A DNA stretch of 64,000 nucleotides, from assembly GCA_020348945.1 (NCBI GenBank), contig CP070759.1, forward strand, positions 888,936-952,935, read 5' to 3'. The stretch is from Candidatus Bathyarchaeota archaeon. Lineage in GTDB: Archaea > Thermoproteota > Bathyarchaeia > Bathyarchaeales > Bathyarchaeaceae. Made by a program: the position numbers and the translations under genes. Under the pieces are notes generated by a model. The model was not told where the DNA came from. It searched no databases and saw nothing but the letters and a program-made list of their open reading frames with translations. Shown piece by piece: positions 57,469 to 64,000 of this stretch; the first letter of the stretch is position 1, and every line of letters starts with the position of its first letter.

Positions 57469-57538
57469 TTGCCCGACCAGAATGTTACTGAAGAAAGTTT
57501 CTCATTTATACATTTCGTTGTCTTGTTTGGAGTTTCAT

Positions 57539-57718
57539 GATAGTAGAATGTTGGAAGCAATGTTTTTCTTTGAAAGTAGCGTTGAGATTGAGAAGGAGTG
57601 TAGTTTTGGGTCCCGTTAGAAAAAATGTTTTGGGGCTCAATCCCCGCGAATGACGTAGCCATTGACACGGCACATTTGGACCATATCCCAAACCCAAAAA
57701 CAGATTGTGCGTGCACGC
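57539..57718 (+). repeat. interspersed repeat family, copy B (upstream of tRNA-Tyr)
   Basis: See copy A. Additional blocks are shared with copies L/R (TGACGTA, ATTTGGA(C/T)CATAT, AAAAACAG-TTG-GCG) and with 39621-39640 (CCCAAACCCAAAAA). Confidence 0.85.
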
Positions 57719-57817
57719 AAATGACTGCGTTTGTTCTGAAATTAGAACATTGCTTGTTCGGGTGTTCTAATCCGTAGCATTATAAGAGACGAAAAACAAG
57801 AACTTAAAGGGGTTTAT

Positions 57818-58891
57818 TTGCAGAAGAGTTGCTTCATCTGCATATTTGCGTCCTTGTTATTGGCTTCTCTGTTTTTCCCTTCTGTTTATGCTGACAGAGG
57901 GATGATTCCCGTCTACCCTGAAATCTCGGTCTATGAGCCAGGACAGAAAGCAATACTCGCATGGAACGGACAAGAGGAGATAATGATACTTTCAACAGAC
58001 ATAATCTCAAGCCAAGAAACCTTGATTGTTGAGATTCTTCCTCTTCCTTCGAAACCTACTGTGGAGACTGCAAGCTTCCAATCCTTCGAAGAAATTCAAC
58101 GTCTAATCTGGAATGAAGGCTTGAGCCTGTTCTTGTATAATACAGAAGATAAGGCTCGCTCTGGAAGTGTTGAAGTTGTCTTCCATGAGGAGATAGGCGC
58201 CCACAACATCACGGTCGTCAAAGCAAGCAGCGCCTCCGAACTGAGCAGTTGGATAGACAACTTTCTGGAGAACAGTGGTGTTGATGACGTGGTGTCCTTA
58301 GGAAGTTTTGAATCGGTAGTTGAAGACTACATAGATAGGGGATTCCGCTACTACGTTCTGGATTTAATAACTGTTTCTTCAGAGGAGAGAAGTGTGGACC
58401 CGATACTTTACAGATTTAACTCAGACTTCCTTTATTATCCTCTTGTCATTACAAGCCCAGTAGGTGGAGAAACAAAGATAACACTGTTTGTCCTTAGTGA
58501 GGACAAAGTGGATGAAAAATATTCCCCCTTCCAAAAGGCAAGCTACAGAGTTTCCGGTGGAAGTCGGGAGCCAATTGAGTTTGTACTCTCCAAAGGTGAC
58601 TTGTCCAAGATAGACCTTAGAATAGGAGAAAATTTCCAGTATAAGGCTTGGCTAACAATCCTCGAGTATGATGGAAAGGTGAGTTTCCTAGATAGGGACC
58701 TGATGATTTCAGGCTCCACACCAACTACCGAACCAACTATAAACGTTGAAGTATCCTTGCCTCCAATACTAGTTGCCCTTCTTATTCTCTTTGGAGCAGT
58801 GTCCACTTCAGCTGGAGTCGTAATAACTCTCTTGGTAGCCCGTTTGAAGTCTAGAAGAGAACTAATGCTGACCTGGATTGGAACGGTATGA
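57818..58891 (+). CDS. secreted protein with C-terminal TM anchor, function unknown
   Basis: Signal-like N-terminus CFICIFASLLLASLFFPSVYA, a mixed soluble domain and the C-terminal helix LPPILVALLILFGAVSTSAGVVITLLV followed by basic residues. Confidence 0.6.
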   Translation: MQKSCFICIFASLLLASLFFPSVYADRGMIPVYPEISVYEPGQKAILAWNGQEEIMILSTDIISSQETLIVEILPLPSKPTVETASFQSFEEIQRLIWNEGLSLFLYNTEDKARSGSVEVVFHEEIGAHNITVVKASSASELSSWIDNFLENSGVDDVVSLGSFESVVEDYIDRGFRYYVLDLITVSSEERSVDPILYRFNSDFLYYPLVITSPVGGETKITLFVLSEDKVDEKYSPFQKASYRVSGGSREPIEFVLSKGDLSKIDLRIGENFQYKAWLTILEYDGKVSFLDRDLMISGSTPTTEPTINVEVSLPPILVALLILFGAVSTSAGVVITLLVARLKSRRELMLTWIGTV

Positions 58892-59152
58892 TTAATATTT
58901 TAGACCTGAAATTGATGAAGCTTATCTACAGCGGCATACTATAAGAGTCACAAGCGAAAACCGTCTTTTAAGTCGATTCTAACGGAATACTGGATACCTT
59001 ACTCTTTACGAATGTGTAACAATTTATCAATGGTATTCCGAAAACGTTCGGTTTAACGAAGGATGACTCTAGCTTTTACTTGAGTTATCACTGATTTGTA
59101 GGATATACACGCGCTTTTCTTTTTCTCCAGTTGGCATGCGCGCGCGAGTCAT

Positions 59153-59365
59153 CTAGTTCTCAATTGAGCAACGTGTCTCTATATACTGAGAAGGTTCTAT
59201 TATCTCTGTGAAATCGCCATTATACCGGTTTGGAGCGAGATACAAAAGATGATTGTCAGTACTGATTATGTATTTAGCTCTGATCGCGATGGCAGCTTTG
59301 ATCCATTTTTTGTCTTTTTTCTTGGTAGGATAGTTGATTTTTCTTTTATTTTCTGTTCGTTTCAC
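59153..59365 (-). pseudogene. 5'-truncated PIN-domain (TIGR00305-like toxin) fragment
   Basis: KKKDKKWIKAAIAIRAKYIISTDNHLLYLAPNRYNGDFTEIIEPSQYI matches only the C-terminal third of PIN-family toxins (D-x-x-D-x-K-x-L-x-x-A-I-x-x-x-A-D-Y-L-V-T-G-D-K-D-L-L ... I-x-T-P-x-E-F). The N-terminal acidic residues are absent and stops lie upstream. Confidence 0.55.
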
Positions 59366-59694
59366 ACGAGAGATAATTAGACTTCGTTTAAAATAGGCTA
59401 TACATGCATGCTAAAATCCAAGGCACACACACAAGAGGTATCGGGTTGTATCGATGAAAAAAGTTATAGCCTATGTTAAATAGATAATGTCAAGTCAGGC
59501 GAATGGGGGGTAATTAAATATCTTTTAAAAACATTACCTATGAGAATTCCATAGAGAAATGGGGCGAATCAAAGACAATATTATATGGTGGAATTATTTC
59601 GCTGAGTTTATTAGGTGGAATTTTTTCTCTATTATCAACATTCGTTTATCCTATCCCCGCCGAATGGGGTGAGGGTATTGGCGAGATTATTTTC

Positions 59695-60420
59695 TTGGTT
59701 ATAGCTATTGTATTGCTTTCTATTGGATTCAACACGCGCGCGATTATTAAGAAGATATTCAACAATACAGGCGGGCTAAATTTTCTAGAGTTTACTTATA
59801 AGGTGAATAAGATACTTACAATCTCAATCTTTACCTTTGTTTTGACAACGTTCTTGAGAATTATGTTCAGCAGCATAGATGTTATTAATTGGTTATGGAG
59901 TTTGACTTTGTCTTTTGTTTTGTTTTCTATTCCTTTTTTTATATTCGCAAATGCGTTAACCGATTTGGGTGAATTTAGAATAGTGTTTAAGGAGCTTATT
60001 CTCCAAATTTCTGACACACAAAAGCGTGCGCAGCATTTTAACCAACGACAAAAATGGATGAAGAAGTTTTTTGAAAGACTTGAAGAACAACTTAGAATAG
60101 CGAGAATTAAGGTTAAAAGTGATAAGTTAGTTTACATTTGCAACTTGAAATTAATGAATTCTGAAGAGATTACGGAAAATCTGAAAAATCTTGGAAATTG
60201 GATACTTGGAGAAAAAACAGAAAATGTGCTTTCATCATTCAAAAAGATATTTCCAGATGAAGAAATCAAGCCAATTGAAAAAACTTCACAACGACTATTA
60301 GATAAATTCGTAGGTATTCCCAAGGATGTTAGAAAATACATTTTTTTAGCTATAATTCTAGTGTTTGTCGCTGTCTTTAAACCTGAATGGATTGAAGGAC
60401 TCGTTAGTAAACTTTTTTAG
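59695..60420 (+). CDS. membrane protein with cytoplasmic coiled-coil C-terminal domain, function unknown
   Basis: Three TM helices (VIAIVLLSIGF, ILTISIFTFVLTTFL, LWSLTLSFVLFSIPFFIFA), then a charged helical region and a final hydrophobic helix. AT-rich codon usage. TTG start; the frame is open upstream to 59518 with no ATG/GTG. Confidence 0.6.
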   Translation: MVIAIVLLSIGFNTRAIIKKIFNNTGGLNFLEFTYKVNKILTISIFTFVLTTFLRIMFSSIDVINWLWSLTLSFVLFSIPFFIFANALTDLGEFRIVFKELILQISDTQKRAQHFNQRQKWMKKFFERLEEQLRIARIKVKSDKLVYICNLKLMNSEEITENLKNLGNWILGEKTENVLSSFKKIFPDEEIKPIEKTSQRLLDKFVGIPKDVRKYIFLAIILVFVAVFKPEWIEGLVSKLF

Positions 60421-60581
60421 ATTATTCCGATGCATGCATAACGTTTTCGCGCGCGTACCCCAAAATGTGGACCAAATACGACATATAAAAGAGAGGAACT
60501 AGAAACCCTCTAAGCCTTCTCTTTGTAGATTCTACCGTCTTCCGATAGGTTTTTGAATGAATTGCGGATAACAACTATCTG

Positions 60582-61493
60582 TTGAAGATGCTTTACTACC
60601 ACATTTATACTAAATATACGGCGAAAAATGGAAAAAAGAAAAAATCTTTCATGTTTAATTACTCGAAAAAAGAAATGGAAAGACTGTTTGCCGTTCCCTA
60701 CATGAAAAATAAAGCCGTTCCAATTTTTGGGGGATTTGTTCCTGCATCAGCCATAGATACTATTCGCATTTTCAAATCCAAAAAGCCATTCGAAGAAATA
60801 ATTCTTCCAGATGGAATATCCTCTGTTGAAAATCCACAAGAGCGTGTGTCTTACATTGTGGATTGCATTAGTTTAAGGAAAGTGCAAGGTGTTGATGACT
60901 CCACACTTACTTTTATTACTTCACCACCACAGAAAGAAGTAAAACCGATTAAATCACTCACTAAACCACTTGGCAAAAAGGAAAAGGTATTCATAGTTCA
61001 CGGTAGAGACGAAACCCAAGCATCGAGGCTTCAAAAATACTTGACAAAAACGTTGAAAATTGACGCTACAATGTTTGAAAACTTCAAGGAAAAAAGCGGT
61101 AGCAACACAATAATTGAGCAACTTGAATATATTAAGGACAACGTGGGTTATGCCTTTGTTATTGTTACGCCAGACGATTTAGGTTGCCTACGTGAAAATA
61201 TTGACAAATGCAGAACCACCATGCTGACAGGCAAGAAAAATATTACTGTAAAGAGCGTTTGTGACATTCTTGATAATCTTAATGCGAGGGCACATCAAAA
61301 CGTTGTTTTTGAACACGGACTTTTCACAGGTGCTTTAGAAAGAGACAGAGTATGTTGCCTTCTTCAAAAAGACACTAAAGAGAAGCCAAGCGACATTGAC
61401 GGAATCCTTTATGTGGGTTTCAAAAAATCTGTGAAAGAAACATTCAGTGAAATAACTGAAAAACTGAAAAAGGCTGGGCTAGTCAAAACTTAA
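60582..61493 (+). CDS. protein with C-terminal TIR-like nucleotide-binding domain (CAP12/PycTIR-type, COG4271-like) and an unknown ~130-aa N-terminal domain
   Basis: KVFIVHGRDETQASRLQKYL...TIIEQLEYIKDNVGYAFVIVTPDDLG...ARAHQNVVFEHGLFTGALERDRVCCLLQKDTKEKPSDIDGILYV follows the family pattern VFIVHG-x-D ... TIIEKFE ... FAVVLLTPDD ... RARQNVIFELGYF-x-GKLGR-x-RV ... PSDL-x-G as I remember it. Confidence 0.75.
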   Translation: MKMLYYHIYTKYTAKNGKKKKSFMFNYSKKEMERLFAVPYMKNKAVPIFGGFVPASAIDTIRIFKSKKPFEEIILPDGISSVENPQERVSYIVDCISLRKVQGVDDSTLTFITSPPQKEVKPIKSLTKPLGKKEKVFIVHGRDETQASRLQKYLTKTLKIDATMFENFKEKSGSNTIIEQLEYIKDNVGYAFVIVTPDDLGCLRENIDKCRTTMLTGKKNITVKSVCDILDNLNARAHQNVVFEHGLFTGALERDRVCCLLQKDTKEKPSDIDGILYVGFKKSVKETFSEITEKLKKAGLVKT

Positions 61494-61675
61494 CGATAGA
61501 GCAAACTTTTATGTAAGCTCCAAATAAGATCGGATTCATTGTTATGCTTTAAATTTTAGGTAAGCATTCCCACACACTTTCTAGACTAAGTATTCTATAC
61601 TCAATTTTAAAAAGCACACCACCCACTAAAACTTGAAAAGTCACAAAGAATAGATAGGAGAGGAAGGAGACACCC

Positions 61676-62881
61676 ATGAAACCTTTCAGCTTCGTCCACG
61701 TGGCTGACCTACACCTAGGCTACACACAGTACAATTCAGACACTCGACGAGAAGACTTCAACACAGCATTCCAAGAGGTAGTGGACAAAACCATCGAGCT
61801 GAAACCAGATTTCATGATCATCGCAGGAGACTTTTTCCAACACGCCCGCCCATCCAACATCACCCTCGAAAACGCTATAACCAGTTTCAGGCGACTCAGA
61901 GACGCCGGGATACCCGTGCTGACCGTGGACGGCTCCCACGACTCAGCGCCCAACGTGATCACAGGCACCATTCTTAACCCCCTGGACAGCGCTGGCCTAA
62001 TCCAGTATCTGCCCCGCCAAGAAGGAGCTTGTTGGCGAAACGAAAGCTGCTACGTTTACGGAGTCCCCAACTTCCGAACAAAACAAAGAACTGAGGAGCA
62101 ACTGCCTATTTTTATGGAAGAAAACAAGCCAACACCCAACTCTTCCCTCTTCAACATCTTTGTTTTCCACATGGGCCTAGACATTCCCAGAGTGAGTCGC
62201 CACCAAATGGAAGCAGAAGCTCGACCAGAACTCTTCCCAAAAGGCTTCAACTATTACGCAGGTGGCCACATTCACATCCCAAGCACGGATTCATTCAAAA
62301 AAGGAATCCTCGTTTACAGCGGATGCACCGAAACCGTAAGCTACGAGGACGCCAAAGTTGAAAAAGGCTTCTACCATGTAAAAGTCAACGAAAAAGGCAT
62401 TCCCAAACTTCACCGCATCAAACTCGAAACCCCCCGACGCTTCATCATCCTAAGTCACGACTACAGCGGCTCAACCCCCTCAACAATCACAAAGAAGGCA
62501 ACGCAACTAGTGAAAGAAGCTGACAAAGCCGGAGCAGTAATCATTCCCGTACTGCGAGGAACGTTACCCACAGAAGCTGGACGATGGGAAATTGACCTCG
62601 CCAAAATCAAAAACGCCGCAGAGAAAGCGCTCCTCGTACGTCCCCTTATCCAACTGACACAAACCGAAATTTCCGAAGAGGTTGTCCGCTCCATATTTGA
62701 GGGCAAACTCAAAGACCTCAAGACAAAAGCGTTTGAATACTTTCTTGAAATTTTCTCGGATCGCTACCCTCAGCAAGCTGAAAGAATTGCCCGACTCGCC
62801 GTGGACCTTATGGAGCCGTTAGTGAGGAAGGAAGACACCGAGGTAAAGGAAGCTCTGGAGGAGTTTTCAAGTGAGAATTAA
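61676..62881 (+). CDS. mre11: DNA double-strand-break repair nuclease Mre11
   Basis: Phosphoesterase motifs FVHVADLHLG, IIAGDFF, VDGSHD, VFHMG, YYAGGHIH. Confidence 0.92.
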   Translation: MKPFSFVHVADLHLGYTQYNSDTRREDFNTAFQEVVDKTIELKPDFMIIAGDFFQHARPSNITLENAITSFRRLRDAGIPVLTVDGSHDSAPNVITGTILNPLDSAGLIQYLPRQEGACWRNESCYVYGVPNFRTKQRTEEQLPIFMEENKPTPNSSLFNIFVFHMGLDIPRVSRHQMEAEARPELFPKGFNYYAGGHIHIPSTDSFKKGILVYSGCTETVSYEDAKVEKGFYHVKVNEKGIPKLHRIKLETPRRFIILSHDYSGSTPSTITKKATQLVKEADKAGAVIIPVLRGTLPTEAGRWEIDLAKIKNAAEKALLVRPLIQLTQTEISEEVVRSIFEGKLKDLKTKAFEYFLEIFSDRYPQQAERIARLAVDLMEPLVRKEDTEVKEALEEFSSEN

Positions 62882-64000
62882 AGCTGTGCAACTAGAAAAC
62901 ATTCGATCCCACGCCAAAACAACGGTTCCCTTTACCAGAGGCTTCAACTGCCTCGTAGGCGGCTTAGGATGCGGAAAATCCAGCATACTCTACGCTATTG
63001 ACTTCGCCCTCTTCGGAGACCCCCTTGGCAGAAGCTACGACTACCTTCTTCGAGAGGGAAAGGACATCGGCAAAGTCACTATAAAGTTTGTTCACGACGG
63101 AAAAACCTACACGCTCCATAGAGCCCTCCGAAGAAAAGGAGAAAGCATAGGCCAAAACAAGGAGCAACTCAAACTTTTTGAAGAAGACAAACTAATCGCC
63201 AGCATAAAGGGCGACGCGGTCATAGAACAGTTAGAAGCAATAACTGGCCTCAACAAGGAACTCTTCCGCGAAGTCGTCTGGATGAGACAAGAACGATTAA
63301 AAGAACTACTTAACGCGACCCCACGAGAACGCCAGAAGAAACTGGACAAACTTTTCGGACTTTCCAACTACGAATTGGCATGGAGCAGTTTAGCTGTGTT
63401 TCAAAGAGAATACGAAGTTGAAAAGAAAGCTTACGAACGCGACTTCGATGTCATAGGGATGGAAAAGCTTCAAGCTGACTACAACAAAGCAGTTGAAGAG
63501 TTTTCACTGACAGAAGTCGAACTTGAGAATTTAAAGGAAAAGTTCACTCAAGCTGAAGTCGCCTTCCATGAAGCAACTTCCCGCCTTCAGAGCCTAGAAG
63601 ACTTGAGGAAACAAACCGAGGAGTTGGGGAAAAGAGAAACTCAACTGCAAACAAACATCACAAATATTGAACACACTTCTACGAGGCTGATGGACGAAAT
63701 TAAACGAAAGAAACTCACCATCAAAAACTCTGAAGAACGCTTAAAATCCATGGAAATTCAAGAGAAAACTCATCGAAACAGACTCAGCGAAGAAGGAATG
63801 AAAACCGATCAAACAATCGAGGAGTTCAGGAAATACCTTGTGACGTTGGAGAAGCAGATAACAAAGGTTGGAGGCGAACAAGAAACTGTGAAAAAGGAGA
63901 AGCTAACCTCCCAAAAGCGCATTTCAAACCTAACAACCGAAAGCAAATGCCCACTGTGCCTTCAAGACCTCACTGGAAAATACAAAAAAAGCCTCCTTGA
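62871..64000 (+). CDS. rad50: Rad50 ATPase, N-terminal part (runs off window end)
   Basis: GTG 62871 behind GGAGGAG, overlapping the mre11 stop. VRIKAVQLENIRSH...LVGGLGCGKSSILYAIDFALFG Walker A, a long coiled coil, and the zinc-hook CPLC at about 63949-63960. Confidence 0.92.
   Translation, partial: MRIKAVQLENIRSHAKTTVPFTRGFNCLVGGLGCGKSSILYAIDFALFGDPLGRSYDYLLREGKDIGKVTIKFVHDGKTYTLHRALRRKGESIGQNKEQLKLFEEDKLIASIKGDAVIEQLEAITGLNKELFREVVWMRQERLKELLNATPRERQKKLDKLFGLSNYELAWSSLAVFQREYEVEKKAYERDFDVIGMEKLQADYNKAVEEFSLTEVELENLKEKFTQAEVAFHEATSRLQSLEDLRKQTEELGKRETQLQTNITNIEHTSTRLMDEIKRKKLTIKNSEERLKSMEIQEKTHRNRLSEEGMKTDQTIEEFRKYLVTLEKQITKVGGEQETVKKEKLTSQKRISNLTTESKCPLCLQDLTGKYKKSLL

Noticed and set aside
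57154-57716. ORFs 57154-57384, 57459-57716 and 57506-57697 (all minus)
   Set aside because: They overlap the multi-intron tRNA-Tyr gene and the upstream repeat. There is no RBS or recognisable protein features.
58862-58945. Dockerin/EF-hand-like peptide NADLDWNGMINILDLKLMKLIYSGIL in the +1 frame straddling the stop of the 57818-58891 gene
   Set aside because: Only 26 codons, bounded by a stop 3 codons upstream, with no start. It could be chance or a relic. It is not supportable as a feature.
1-64000. CRISPR arrays, rRNA genes, RNase P / SRP RNA
   Set aside because: I saw no regularly spaced short direct repeats with unique spacers, and no rRNA-like or RNase P/SRP signature sequences on either strand. 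The only structured RNA genes I can support are the three tRNAs.

Overview
Archaeal chromosomal window. The evidence is archaeal-type tRNAs with introns, a LysW carrier-protein pathway, Hjc, DUF373 and Mre11-Rad50, plus strong GGAGGTGA-like ribosome-binding sites and many GTG/TTG starts. A TACK/Thermoproteota-like lineage such as Bathyarchaeia is my guess only. I support about 65 protein genes, 3 tRNA genes, 3 pseudogene fragments and several repeat families. I see no rRNA and no CRISPR array.

Housekeeping content: an ABC exporter; a complete lysW-X-Y-Z-J-K alpha-aminoadipate cluster with a divergent Lrp-type regulator, homocitrate synthase and homoisocitrate dehydrogenase; ATP-dependent DNA ligase; CysRS; PGM/PMM; a B12/radical-SAM enzyme; YchF; UppS; MTAP; an ADP-forming acyl-CoA synthetase beta-like protein; a 1,199-aa S8 surface protease; and mre11-rad50.

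Unusual content, in window order:
1. 4.4-6.7 kb: a short tyrosine recombinase lies next to a perfect 28-bp inverted-repeat pair bracketing 249 bp. This is a candidate invertible switch, or a MITE. An Hjc-type resolvase and a decayed YjbQ pseudogene sit alongside.
2. Short alternating (CG)n and ATGCATGC tracts recur at gene ends and bracket accessory ORFs. One pair is a perfect 13-bp inverted repeat around a Cys-rich gene at 32.4-33.6 kb.
3. A tRNA-adjacent variable region (38.8-42.3 kb) holds small ORFs and an IR-bounded 519-bp element.
4. An interspersed repeat family has at least 4 copies. Two lie upstream of tRNA loci and share a 41-bp identical core. Two form ~85-bp direct repeats flanking a pentapeptide-repeat/TIR gene (43.1-44.4 kb).
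5. A tRNA-Tyr(GUA) gene gives a canonical tRNA only if four introns are removed.
6. An AT-rich island (59.1-61.5 kb) upstream of mre11-rad50 carries a PIN fragment, a membrane protein and a CAP12/PycTIR-type TIR-like protein.

All functional calls rest on motif recognition from the translated ORFs. No database search was run.
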